Source of the DNA: Camelus ferus
Taxonomy: Eukaryota
Reading direction: 5' to 3'
DNA: 64,000 nt
Assembly: GCF_009834535.1 (NCBI RefSeq)
Contig: NC_045696.1
Location: forward strand, 118,422,001 to 118,486,000
Shown: positions 12,142 through 25,372 of the stretch, piece by piece
Layout of the letters: the number at the start of each line of letters is the position of its first letter
How positions within the stretch are numbered: the stretch's first letter is position 1
The notes under the pieces: model-generated
The model's input: the letters and a program-made list of their open reading frames with translations, nothing else
Database searches by the model: none
Told to the model about the DNA's origin: nothing
Program-made: the position numbers and the translations under genes

Positions 12142-13155
12142 TCAATGTAAATGGTCTAAATACACCAATTAAAAGACAGAGATTAGCAGATTTAAAAACA
12201 TGACTGAACTACATGCTGTCTACTTCAGCTATTATGACATGAGCAGGTTAAAAAAGATATAGCACATGGACATTAATGAAAAGAAAGCAGGAGTGGCCAA
12301 AATAATATCAAATAAAGTAGACTTTAGAGCACAGAGAATTACCGGAGACAAAAGGGACATTACATAGTGATGAAAGGGTCAATCCACCAAAATGAGTTAG
12401 CAGTCCTGAATGTGTATACATTCAAGAACAGAGCTGCAAATTATGTGAACATGAAACTGACAGAACTAAAAGGAGAAGACAGATCCACATTTACAGTTGG
12501 AGACCATCAACAATTGATAGTACAGCTAGACCAAAAGTAAGGGCTCAGCAGCGGTGTCCCCCATCATGGTCTCATTGACAGTTATTGAACACTTCTTCAA
12601 ATAGTAGTGTAATACACGTTATCTTCAAGTATCTACGGTACATGTACCAAGATAGACCATATGCTGGGCCATGAAACAAGCCTCAGCGAATTAAAATACA
12701 CTGAAATCACACGGTGTATTTTCCGTATTCACAATAGAATCAAATTAGAAATAACAGAATGATAATGGAAAAAATTTCTAAACACTTGGAAACTGAGCCA
12801 CACACTCCCAAATAATCCCTAAATCAAAGAGGAAGTCTCAAGAGAAATATTTAAAAGTACATTGAACTGAATGAAATGAAAATTCAACATACCCAAATTT
12901 GTGGGACACAGCTAAAGCAGGGCTCAGTGGGAAATGTATTACACTAAATGCTTACATTAGAAAAGAGGAAAAGTCAAATTAGTAGTGTAAGCTCCCACCT
13001 TAAGAACCTAGAAAAATAAGACAAAAAAGTAAATAGAAGGAAGGAATAGAGGTAAAAATTGAAACCAGTGTGATTAAAAACAGAATAACAAGAAAAATGA
13101 AACAAAAAGCTACTTCTTTGAAAAGACTAATAAAATTGATAAGAAAAAAAAAAGC
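12142..13155 (+). mobile_element. Old L1 (L1MC-like) ORF2 endonuclease region, disrupted
   Basis: aatgtaaatggtctaaatacaccaattaaaaga reads NVNGLNTPIKR (ORF2 N-terminus); later aagatagaccatatgctgggccat reads KIDHMLGH and tgggacacagctaaagca reads WDTAKA. Confidence 0.9.
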
Positions 13156-13189
13156 AGGAAGGAAGGGGGTGTGTCTGTAAAAAGAGCAG

Positions 13190-13378
13190 AGGAAGGATCC
13201 TGGTGGTGACGGAATGTTTCGGGGTTGTGGCTGTGTGGACAGTGGTGTGCCCTGGTTGTGATACCGTGCTATAGCTTTGAGGATGCTACCATTGGGGAAA
13301 CTGAGGTCACAGAATCCCACTGTACTGTTTCCTACAACTGCATGTGAATATGCAATTATCTCAACGTAAATTTAATCA
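13190..13378 (+). mobile_element. L1MC-type 3' end
   Basis: ggatcctggtggtgacggaatgtt...taccattggggaaactg...tacaactgcatgtgaat...aattatctcaa. Confidence 0.75.
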
Positions 13379-13399
13379 AAATAATATCAGTTCAAATAT

Positions 13400-13890
13400 G
13401 TCACATCTTTTGCCCTTTTTATAATTTGGATTTATTTTCTTAGTGTTGAGTTTTGAGAGTTTTTTGTATATTCTAGAATACAAATCTGTTGTTACATTTG
13501 CAGTTCACAAATAGTATCTTCCTGTCAGTGGCTTGTCTTTATTTCTTATAAGTATCTTTTATAGAGCAAACATTTTTCATTTTGGTGAAATCCAGTTTAT
13601 CTCCTGTTTTCGTATCAAATGTGTTTTTGGTGTCATATCTGAGAACTCCACTTAACCCAAGTCATACACATATTTTGTTCTAATCATTTTATGTATTATA
13701 TTTAGGTTTGTGATCCTTTTTGAGTTAATTTTATATAAAGTGAGTCGTATAGATGAAGGTTATTTATTTTTCACAGATGTATCCAATCATTGTAGTATCA
13801 TTGTTGAAAGACTACCCCTTTTCTATTCGTTTGCCTTTGCACCTTTGTCAAAAATCTTGGTTTTATTTGTGCGGGCTTACTTCTAATCTA
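13400..13890 (-). mobile_element. Old L1 (L1M) ORF2 3' region
   Basis: gttgagttttgagagtt, atcctttttgagttaatttt, ttgttgaaagact and ttgcacctttgtcaaaaatc are antisense L1 blocks. Confidence 0.8.
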
Positions 13891-16345
13891 TATTTTTTGC
13901 TTTTGTTGTATTACTAAGAGAGGAGTGTTGATCCAGCTATAAATTATACTGTAAATTTCTCTATTTCTGAATCCAAGACTACTTTAAAATGACAGACACC
14001 TAAGATTGAGAATTAGCCACCCAGTGTTCTTAACCCAGTACAAATGGCACAATTTTCTTTTAATTTATGACAGGCAACTCCATTTTGTTAATTTCCTGGT
14101 GCTTTTTGACATGCAGGGGACATAATTTCAGTCACGTACATAGTATGTGCAGACATGATAATAACACCTTTAAGAACAGTAGGCTTTTGGGCTTCGAGGA
14201 ACCAGTGATTTCCGATAGAATCTGGGAATGCTAACCATTTGTGAGTGGAATATTTAGCATAGACCAGGATTTTTTGTTTTGGGGGTTTTGTTTCTGCTTT
14301 TGTTTTTGTTCTTGTTTTTTTTGCTTTTTTCTAAAACTCTGCCCATGGTTTGAAATTGCTTCCAATTAAATGGCTTCTTCCAGTATTGTTTTGGAGCCTA
14401 ATAAGTGTATTGGACTAGTGAAAACAACCAAAAAGCAGATGATGGCATTTTCATTTGATATATTCGAATCGTTTTAAATGCTTCTGAAATACCTAGCTTC
14501 TTCCAAGGAGTATTTACAATGAACATTAAAACGCTTCCCGTACATATAAAAGTTTTTATTATAAACTTTTAACTCTGCAACTCAGACCTCATTTATTAAA
14601 TTTTATTTATCAAAATAGTTCATTTATTAAAGATCAATACGGAAATATGTTCTCTAGAATTTCCTGCAAGTATGTGATGAAATTCACAGTGCTGAAATTT
14701 ATGTTTCTGATTAAGAATTGAGGTGATTGAAACACAAGGCGTGCTAGGCATCTGAGAAATACTGATCCACTGAAGGCTACCAGGGCAGGATAGCTCAAGA
14801 TCGAACATAGCCCCATCCCAGCACCATTCCAGGTGTTAGGGCTAAAGTCAGCCTTATCTTTCAGTTATATATCTTAACACTGTACATTGTCACTTTGCCA
14901 ACACCAGTGTTGAACTCACCCACCAGACCTAGATCAACTTCAGGTTATTTCATCATTCTCTAAAGGAACCCAGGAGGACTGTGACTTTACAATTGTTGTA
15001 ATGTCTGTAACTGAACATAAGGGTACAGGAGAAACAAATGTTACCCTGAAACCTGACACACATAAAATGCCATCTAATGAAGGTCATAAAAAAGAAAACT
15101 TCTCCAGAAGTACATTGTCAGACTTGTTTTAAGTCATGGTGGAACAGTAGAATGTCTCCTTTAAGCTGTCTCATTTAACAGTGGAGTGGACTGAAGTCCA
15201 ATATTGCCTTTGCATCTGTTAGCCCATGTAATACATTTAGATTGGAAGGGGCCTAATTTTTATGCTTAATTCAAAACTGTAGGTTCTAAGGCATGAAGGA
15301 GAAATTTTCAGGACTTACCCAGAAATAATAGTTAAGTGTGGGTAAAAATCTTGGGTTTATTAATTAGCCTGTCATATTCCGTTTCTCTCCCTCATTTCTC
15401 ATCCTTGGCTTCTTTACTTCATGGGTCTCTGATTGTTTTTCTGCTCTCCAACGCTTTCCATCACCAAGTAAGCCAGAGGCAAATTGAATATCTACAGCTA
15501 ATTGCCCTAATAAGCTCTTTGCTATTGCTATATGGTAATTCATGTATGATATCATACTCCATTATTAAGTATACCTTGTAATTAACCTAATTTGTATCAC
15601 TTACATCAGTGATTACAGTGTGTGTCTTTGATGGGTCTCTGACCAGACTTAAGCTTCTACCCTTATTTTTTGACCTCTAGGGACCCTGCCTAATATGTGT
15701 AAAACCTTTTTATGGGAACTATTAGTACTTCAAACAGATGCGTGTAAATGCCAGGCTTTCCAGAGAAGGGTTTCTTGACTAGCTTTTAAGGCATTTAAGA
15801 TCACCAGTACACATTTTGTATGGAACTTCTAAGTTATTTTTCTGACTTCTGAAAATTATTTTAAGGACAGTATTTTACCATTATATATAATTTTATATGA
15901 CCCACAATATCAAGATAGAACTCTGCCTTCCCACCATCAGTTCTTCCATGACCTAAATGTTAGAAAAATGATGAACTTGCTTAATGAAGAGAACCTCTTC
16001 CAAGCTCATAATTTTGGAAGATGCTATTTGACAGGCTGCCGATTCAATTAAGAAAATTCATCATTTATTACAGTCTGTTAAAAAGATTGGAAAAAAGTGC
16101 TCTTCTACCACAAATTTTAAGAAAACCTTTTTCCTTCGTTAATTAGGGACACAGATTAAACATTGGTAGAGCATGGTGCTTTTTAATTCTTAATTTTGCT
16201 TTTTTTGTTTTGGATTTTTTTTTTTTGGATTCTTCATCAAATATTTCTTTATCCTTCAGATTTTTTATTCTTATTTTTGTTGTTTTAAATACTAGAATTG
16301 TACCAGAATTTAAGTGCAAGAAAAATCATGCAATTCAGTTTGGCA

Positions 16346-16347
<2 letters not shown>

Positions 16348-16385
<38 letters not shown>
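16348..16385. repeat. (TG)19 microsatellite
   Basis: Uninterrupted TG run. Confidence 0.97.
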
Positions 16386-16388
<3 letters not shown>

Positions 16389-18204
16389 ACTTTGTTTCTA
16401 AAAAGTCATTCATTAAAATGTGCTTTCTCTAATAAAAATAATGCTTTTATTTTTAGTTTACTTCGGTTGCTATTTGTTAGGTATTTTTGTATGATTTCAT
16501 ATATAATTTTTATACTAATGTACTACCCCCAAAAGAGTCATATTATTTATGACTTGAACTGTAAATAATATGTGGGGTTAAAAAGAAAAAAGAAAAAAAA
16601 AGAACTCCAGACTTTGAAAAAGCTTCGTTAGTCTTATTAAAATTAAATGTTATGCTACATGGAATTTGTTGAAGAAAATATGTCACACCTTTTAAGATCT
16701 CAATTTAGAATCGATAATCATTTAAATTGGCATAGCCCTCACTAAGTGGCATCAGAAACAACGTGAATAACTAGGACTGGGGAGAAAAGACTGAGTTACA
16801 TACTCGTCTAAGTGATCACATCTACGCTGAGCAGGTTCAAGCTTTTACTAAATAGACCATCTGACTGAATTAAGTCAAGGGGACAAACAATGAAAACTAG
16901 TTAAAAGTGTGAACAATGACTGCAGCTAAGGCAGGGGCAGTGAGGAGAAGCAGAGGCCTGGTTCCTCTAAGAGTTCACGTCCCCAGGTGTGAAGGCGGCG
17001 AGCCTCTGCGCCTAGGGAGGGAGGAGGGGAAGACTGGAACTGCTGATGTGTTTCGGTGGGCAGAGCTTTATCGTGCCCTGCTTGCTCTCTGCCATAGGCT
17101 TGGTTCATTTGTATGGCCAGTCTATAATTAAAAGATTTTGATTTTATTTGAAACGGATATTCAGAGACAAATAATATTTATAATATACGTTGTTTATACC
17201 CTCTTACAATTGCTGAACCTAATATTGGGTACTGGGGTGCAGTGAATGCTTGCAAAAGTTGAATTAAAGTCAAATTAAGAGTACTTCGTTTTATAGGGTT
17301 GCCACGTGGAGTTGCTATTTGCAGAACACTTAAAACCGTGTCTGGCACCTAGGAAACATTTTCTAAGTGTTCATTAAATTTAAAAATAATGATAAATCAT
17401 AGCAGGGATCATAAAATTCTAGTTAAGACCTCATACCTCTAAATAATAATAAAAATGATGAATAATATTACTCCTTCAAATTGAAAATTAATGGGGAATG
17501 GTTCTCTCCAGGGCCATGAGTCCCCGTGTACCACACGCCTTTGCTGTGGTTTAGCCCGTCAGTAAGTGGCTGTTTTTTCTGTAGCTTGATCAGCTCCAGG
17601 CAGGAGGAGTGCCTCTGCCCGTTGGTGTTTCTGACAGCAGTGCCACATCAGGGCAGACTGGCTCCTAATGTGATTTCCTTCTGATCTTTGGCTTTCCACT
17701 TCCCACTCTTCTTTTGTGGAAAATGCAGTTTCAAAACAGCAGTGCGTGTGCGGTGAGCGATCAGTCATCTAATCCTCTTCTCCTGCAGGTTCTGCTGGTG
17801 TGGAGAGCAGGCACCTCGTCCCTGCAGGGCGCTGCCCAGAGTTGGTCTGATGGGCTCTCCTGGGCTCCCCTCTGCTCCTTTGGCCTCCTGCCCATGCAGT
17901 CTTCCATCCTTCCTCTCCTTCCTGTGCCCCTTCCTCACCTCCCTCAGTGCACTCTCAACTCCAGGCCAGGCCTTCTGCTGTTGTTAGGATGTAGAGATGG
18001 GAGAAGGAGGAGGAAGGACAAGTGAAACACGGGGAAAGTTACTGTAATGTCTGGTAGCCATGCATTTAAGCCATTTATCTAGATTTTGCATAGTCTCACT
18101 ATTTCTTTTCTTTTCTTTCCTTTTTTTGGCCTTCTTTCCAGCTTGCTTGCTTGCTTGCTTTCTTAACTTGGGAAAATTGCTTTATAAGTTTGGAGAGAAA
18201 GGCC

Positions 18205-18315
18205 TTTTTTTTTTACATTTATGTATTTTTTTCAGGTTCTTTTTCCATTATAGGTTATTTCAAGATATTGAGTAGAGTTCCCTGTGCTAGACAGCAGGTC
18301 CTGGTTGTTTATCTC
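18205..18315 (-). mobile_element. Short artiodactyl-type L1 3' UTR fragment
   Basis: ttccattataggttatttcaagatattgagtagagttccctgtgct...gttgtttatct is shared with the copies at 28.4, 48.2 and 48.6 kb. Confidence 0.8.
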
Positions 18316-18829
18316 ACTATTTCTTTTTTATCAGGCAGTGCTGCTCACTGACCCCCCACCCCCGCCACCACCACCTTTAAACTGTTTAAGGATCTCTGAA
18401 GAAGCAAGATTTGACTGTTTCCCGGTACCAATTTTACAGCCGTAGGTTAAATGCAGTTGCCTCCCCAGCCCTGCATTTGGGAATAAGGTCCTGAGACAGT
18501 GGAAGACTAGGCCACCAAAACAAGAGCCAGAGCTTCACAGCCAAAGGATGAGTCCCCAGAGCAACTGGACTGCTCCCAGCCAGCTTCTGACCCATATAGG
18601 ACTGGCCTCTTCGCTGCTGATTGCTACCCACTCTGTCCGGGCTGGTCAGGAGTTTGGCTTGTCACCTAGCTATTCTTAGATTTAGAAGTTTTCACAGTGA
18701 GGAGATTTGATTAAGCTATGTATATCCTATTTTCTTAGTTTTTTTAGTTTATGCCTTTTATTTGATTTCATTGATTTTATGAATTTTTTTCCAGTTTAAG
18801 TGTTTTGAAAAAAAATAGAACCGTTTCAG

Positions 18830-18890
18830 CCATCATTCATTCAGCATTCACTAATTAAGCACCTACTGATGTCAAACATTGTGCTTTATG
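18830..18890 (-). mobile_element. L2 3' tail fragment
   Basis: cattcattcagcattcactaattaagcacctact...aaacattgtgct. Confidence 0.6.
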
Positions 18891-21800
18891 TTAGCATCAT
18901 TTGCGTATTTGAAGGATTATTAATTAGAACAGGGAACAGCATCTCTAGAAGGCTAGATAAGCAGAACCAGTAGAAAGAATTTGGGAGGCATGGGCGTACT
19001 TTGAATCGGCAAGTGGAAAAATCTTACATCAAGAAATATTTGCAAAATAGGTAGGTTAGGGTTGGTAAGTTTTCACCCCCATGTTTTGGCAGAGCCATCA
19101 GAAATTTGATGGATTGGGCTGCTTTATGAGTGAGAGATTGGACAGAAGGGCAAATAAAGTCCATATTAAGGTTGCACATCTTTGAAAATAATACAAATGA
19201 CAAGGTTGGTTTCCATTAAAAATAACCAAATCAGTTGTTTTACCAACAATACTCAATTTAAAAAAAAAAATTGGCATACCTGTGTTGTATTGAAAATGAC
19301 CTTGGTCCTTCTAAAGCATGGTCACTTTAACAAGGTTACACTTACTTTAATGAAACATCATTACTCAAAACACTTCTGGAATTCTTCTCTTGTAATTGTC
19401 TTCATTACTATTGTAGGAGCCACATTAGAGGCCTGTTTCATGGCTGTGTAACCAAATAGTCAAAGAAAAAGGGTTTTGCCTAAGCTCATGTTTCATGTTC
19501 ACCACATTTGGCTCTAATTAGAAGTGTTAGTTACTTGCCTGAACAAAACTCATCATCAAAATACAACACTCTGGGTGGTAAACAGAAAACCTACCGTGGG
19601 CTCTGGATGAATCCTTTCATATATAAATGTGGGTATATTTGTTCAAGAAAAAAGAATCAATTTCATTGCTTTCTAGTCACATGCTGTATGTATTTTATTA
19701 TCAATGTGTGAAAACCTGATGTTAAGTATCATACAGCAAAATCAAGCAAGACACTTGATACTACTTGGTGATGAAAATTTCTCCTTATGTGCTACTTTGA
19801 AGTAAAATTGTGGATTACCTAAAAGAGACTCCAGTCTGAGATGGCTGTCCTTTTCTGCAAGACACTAATTCACCCAGTGACATACTGGAATGAGTTTTCT
19901 GTTCTATGTTCTCTACTTGAGCCATTTTAATTGGCCACAGCCTCTGAGGGTCAGTGTTCATTCTTAAAAATGGACTGGGAGCGTAGAGGGAGGGGCCTTG
20001 AGAATGCTGTCAACACAACAGTGGTCTGCGGGTCCGTGGAAAGTGACAGAGTAGGCTCCTGGCTCCTGGCTCCTGTAGCAGCCGTAAAAGTAGCTGAACC
20101 AATAAACAGCCATACCTTCTTTTGAACATAAGCTGGAAGTTGGAGGATCTGGGAAACAATTTGGTAGAGTTCTATAAAAACCTTGGCTTATAAGAGAACG
20201 ACTAGAGGGAAATGGTAAATGGAGCAAAATGATCCCATCCCTTGGATTGCAAACCACAGTCCAGTTGGCCAGATTTGGATTTTCAGCTATTGCCCAGCTG
20301 GTGAACAGTTCAAAACTATTTTAGATCATGTGATCCCATCGTGGCCAATTGGGTGGTTTGGCAGAGAGCAACATAGTAAATATCTATTCACATGAATTGT
20401 ATGCATACTGCATTTGTCCACCGGCATTCTTGCTGGTCTACGTTGATGATAACAGATCCACATGGAGGGATGGATAAATGGTGTGTATAGGTCCATACCT
20501 GGGTATTTATGCACAGTAATTATGTACTTTGAGTCCTTCTAGGAAACAGAATGGTAGGAATAATCTAGTTAAATCAGTTTCTATGGGGATTTTTTTTTTA
20601 CTCCTTTTTTCATATTTCCTCTAGTTGTAAAAATTACAGTGATTACACATCATAAAGCCTATCTGTAATAAAACGCATCAGCTGGCCAAGGTTTTCATCG
20701 CTCACTCAATAATCCATTAATACAGCAGCGCTGCCCAGGCATCTTTATAATACCAACTCGGAGGTAATTTTAATCAGCTAGACCAGCTGGTATTTAACAG
20801 CAGCTGCTGGAGACGCCACAAATATACTCAATAGCTGACATCTTTATTTGCAGTTTTTCAAGGGGAGAAGAGATTCTCCTGTGGTCACTTGTATTAAGCA
20901 TTTAAAAGAAGGTGTAAAGAGTACAGGGGTTTATACGTAAATGAGAAGGGGAAAGGGTTAATGGTAAAACAGAGGTGGGAAATTCTATCAGGAACAGAGG
21001 TTTGTGAATGGAGAAACTGCTCAAATGAATAAGGCTGCGCCGGCTTTGGGAGGACTTCAGGTCTTTTTCCTAGGCATGTTTACACTGATCTTGGGCAGTG
21101 CCAGCAGTGGAAATGTATTCTGCTACGTAACATCCTTATGTCCATCCACCCTGAATTTGTAGTGTCCTTTACTAGATAAAGCCAGGAAAAATAATCTGAT
21201 TCTGTGAAAGAGAGATGGGCTCATGTACAGGAGTTCTGCCTCAGCCCCCTGCACGCCATGTCCGTTTTTGTTGTTTTACAAGGATGTTTTATTAATGTTC
21301 AATTTCGATATCATAAATGAAAGGGTCATCATCCGTATGTACGATCTAGGAGTAAATGTGGAATGCCCTTTCACACAGGTGTGTATGAGCACGTGGAGGG
21401 GGCACGAGCACTGGCAATGTGAAGTCAACAGTCACAAAACCATTATAAATAAAAATGTAATTACACATGGGGGAGCTTGGCTTACAAAGCTCGGAAATCC
21501 ACGATGGAGCCGGTCATAAACGCCTGATCTGTTTGTAAAGCTCCACTATTCCCGTCCCCTTCGTCGCCTCCTTTAATAAAATATTTTGACATCTCCTCTG
21601 AGTAGAAATCAGAAAACAGAGGTGACTCTTTGATTTATAAAATAGTTTGCCTTTACCTCTCTGGATGTGGATCTCATCTTTTGGTTTAATAACTAGAGGA
21701 GAAGAATTAGAGTCAAGTAGGAAAAGGAAAAGGTATTAGAAAAATAAACATCTTTCAAGACAGTTACTCTTAGTCCTCATAGATGACGGCTTTGCGTACA

Positions 21801-24800
21801 GATGGCTGTGTATTCAAAGGTGCTGGTGATATAAATGTCTGCTACTTATGTGAACAGAAGTTAAGTGGTTTCTATCTTCTTGGAAAATTTCTGTGTCATT
21901 TTCTCCAAGACTGATTTCAAAATTAAAGTAAACATAAAATAAGCAGATGAAGTTATGGGTCTTGTACACTTGCCCTAGAAGTAGTTTTGTCATTTCTGAC
22001 TCTTGTAGGGCAAGCCAACCTTCCTTCTTGATGCTAGCAGCTCTGTCTGGAAGAGGAAGCATTATAAACCCCTAAAAAGTCAAGTGTGTTACCTGTTTAA
22101 GCAGAATTCTGTACTAAATTATCGGAGGTTAACTAACTTTGTTGTAATACCAGGTTTTTTGCAGTTAGCTTCATTTATCAGTGCCACTGGTTCTCTTTTT
22201 CCAGAGCCAAATAGTGATCTGTCTGTGTTGGGGCTATGATTGAATACTGAAAATTAAAATCCAGTGACAGAATGGATTACTGAGATAGCAATTTGAATTT
22301 TAAAATTACTTAGCAAGCGTTTTTTTTTTTTTTTTTTTTTTTGGTTTTTTTCCCGTTATTTGTAGTGAAAACAGTCTGTTTCAGTTTGTTCAGTGTGTTT
22401 GACAACAGACAGTTTGATATATTGCTGGGCACAGCGGTAGGTTGGACTTGAGTGGTATTAGCTCTCAGTGTTTTGATTAATGGTAATTGTTTCGATGAAA
22501 AGACACGTTTTACGTACAACTCATAGTTCTGGAAAACAGAAGTCAACTTGCAAGATCCGTAATTACTGTTCTGAGTTAGCATATAAAAAGGGCAGGGAGA
22601 CCTGCTGGAGTAGCACAGTAGGATTTTTTTGCTTTTTGCTTTGTATTGTAGTTAGAGACTGTTCTTTATGTCAGAATATAAATCTTCTGTTATTTATCTT
22701 TTGTTCAGTTTTTGAAGTTGATTTATGACACATTTCTGTATTCCATAATTTAGTCTGAATCCTATACCAAGGTGAAATTTTACCTGTCTCTGTAGTCGAC
22801 TGGAAAAGGAACCCAAAGCAACCTAGTGTGGTTTAGATTAATTTTTTTTTCTTTTCTTATTTTTCTCTAGTCTTGCTCTCTTATTTTAAAAGAATGCAAT
22901 TTAGAAAACAATTAGAAGGTTTATTTTAACACTTCAGAGACTTCTATTGCTGTTTTAAATAAAACATTTTACATATCATTAATGTACACAAACCCAGGGG
23001 AAAATAAATGGTAATTTTTTATTTGGAGAAAATAAAACATGCATTTAAGGACCAAGTTGTTGTTGGCCTAACAGCTGTCAGAATAAAGCACTCATAACAT
23101 CTTTCATTCTCACATGCTGGTCTGTATACATAATAGATATTGTATGTATACAAATCTATCCACAAAATGCGTTTAACACTCTGCATTTGGGTTATGGGTA
23201 GGTAGGTGATTTTAAATTAGTGTCCTTACCTTTGTCAGGAACAAAGGAAAACCACTTTTATGTAAAGACTTAGACAGGGCTGGGAGGAAATGCTCTTTCC
23301 ATATCTAACCATCCTTGTTTTGAGGTAGAAATTTTGTAGGTGGGAGGGAGTGCTTGGGGGTTTCCTTTCTTTCCTTCTCTGTTTTCCTCTTTCCCCACTA
23401 AAGAAAAGAACTAGATAATGTAGTAAGTGTATCAGAATAATCTTCAAAGTGGCACAAATGGCAACCCTGTTTGTGAAACTAAGGTTGAGAATCAGTATTT
23501 GCACAACCCGCCCCTACTACTATTTTTTTTTTTTTTTTTTTGAGTCTGTTGGGTAATTTCCTAAATACTTACCCAGGAAACTTAGTAGCAAGATTTTAGG
23601 TTTATGTAAATATCGGCGCTTTGGCAGAAGTATTAGCACATACCTGCTGTATATCTTTTGTTTAAGCTGTGGTCTTTAATGTGTTCTAGGGAAGGGGGTG
23701 GGAGGTGTAATCTGCAATGCGGGAACTTGTGTTACTGCCTCTTTATATCTGAGAGGGAGTGAATGATCCCACTCCAAGCAGCCTGGACTGAAATGTGATT
23801 TGTCAGGTTATTTACACATCGCAAAATGAAAATTAACAAATGGTTGTCTAGTGCACACCTAAGCCTTTGACAGAAAAATAAATATAATTTGTAAAAAAAA
23901 TTTTTCCTTGTAGTTAACAGCCATGTGTCATTGTGGCATCTTTTACTGAAAGGAACTTTATTTAAGTAGCATAAACTTGTTGGACGGGCTTCAATTAAAT
24001 GATGATTTGTTAATGCAAATGTGCGGTGAATGACTGGTCCTGCATCTGTCTCTGCATCCATAGGCCATTACTGTGCAGCGTTAGCACAGGGCGTAAAGCA
24101 CGGGAAATCACTGCATGCAGGTAATCCACGCTCAGCCAGTTCTGACCTTATGTCTCTGGTGAAATAAAAAAGGTATATAATGTAAATGATGTTTAATCTG
24201 AGTAACAAAAAAGCGGCTGGGTTTGACTCTGACTCACGCTGTTAGGTGATGGGAGTGACTGCTCTTTGGGGATTGATGGTTGTTGGTGGCCCAGTGGGAA
24301 AAGGCCAGCATTTTAATCCTTTGTCATTTTTCTCATGCGCTCATCCAACCTAAATTATATTTCAAGTTTTATTTTCTGTTTTTTTCTTTGCGAGAGTGTT
24401 TTGTGGGATTGTGGTGACCACCAGCAGGAGCATGGTAAGCAGTGACAATTAATACAACAAAAAAAAATTGTACAATTAGCTTCAGCCCCATAAGTGTCTA
24501 ATGAGCCATTTGTCAGTCTTTTGGTGAAATAAACTACTCTATCTTAATTCTCCACTCTTGCAGCAAATAAATAAAAGTTATGAAACACCCGGGCACCCAT
24601 AAAATATAATTTATTTCGTAGGGCATGACAGAACTCTTTACGTATCTAAAATGAACATGTTACTTACAAATGACTTGTGATACTCATATAAACCATGGAT
24701 CTGTGTGCTAACTGCTTTCATTACAGAGATAGACAGTTTTTTTCCTGATTGTTTAATCATTTAAATGTATCATTACTCCTAAAGGCATGTGAGTTAAAGT

Positions 24801-25239
24801 GACTCCTCCTGGTGTGATTAACTCATGAGGCCAAAAAGGACCTCAGAAATCAGCTTTTCTGCAGCTGAAGACATTAAGAATTTACTGGAAAGGACAAAAC
24901 AATAATTTTCATTTGGGAACCTCTCATCTCTTTCCTGATCCTCTTCCTGCCCTCATTTACTTTTCAGAACTTATCTCTCAAAAGTTTTTCATCATCACTG
25001 TATGTCAGTCCAACAAAACAACATTGTAAGAAGCTTTTTTCACTCGTATTTTGAACTAGATTGAAAGTTATGTAATCACCATACCTGTGAAAATCTGAAA
25101 TGAAAATTCACATTGAAAATGTGCAGGATCGTTCAAGTGAAAGCCTAGATATTTTAAAAATCGTAACTAGTCCTTTTAAACAGAACAAGAATACACAGCC
25201 TGTTTGTCAGAGCAGCACATACCGGGACTCTTAAGTTCG

Positions 25240-25372
25240 TCTGTGAACCAGGAACACCACCATCGTCTTGGAGGGTCTTCAGGCCCTGCTAAATCAGAAA
25301 CACAGGGGTCCTGACATCTGTTTCAGCAAGCCCTGCAAGTGACTGACGGACGCTAGACGTTGTGAGCCACTG
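25240..25372 (+). mobile_element. MER5A-like fragment
   Basis: ctgctaaatcagaaac...catctgtttcagcaagccctgcaagtgac...gagccactg. Confidence 0.6.

Noticed and set aside
14269..16290. Possible minus-strand processed pseudogene or endogenous viral insert starting at the T-rich tract at 14269-14330
   Set aside because: No poly(A) signal next to the tract, no target duplication, and my partial hand translations gave frequent stops and no recognisable protein. A translated search would be needed to exclude it fully.
20054..20074. Micro tandem repeats such as (ggctcct)3 here and (tgcctcattg)2 at 43538-43557
   Set aside because: Ordinary slippage-scale duplications with no sign of function.
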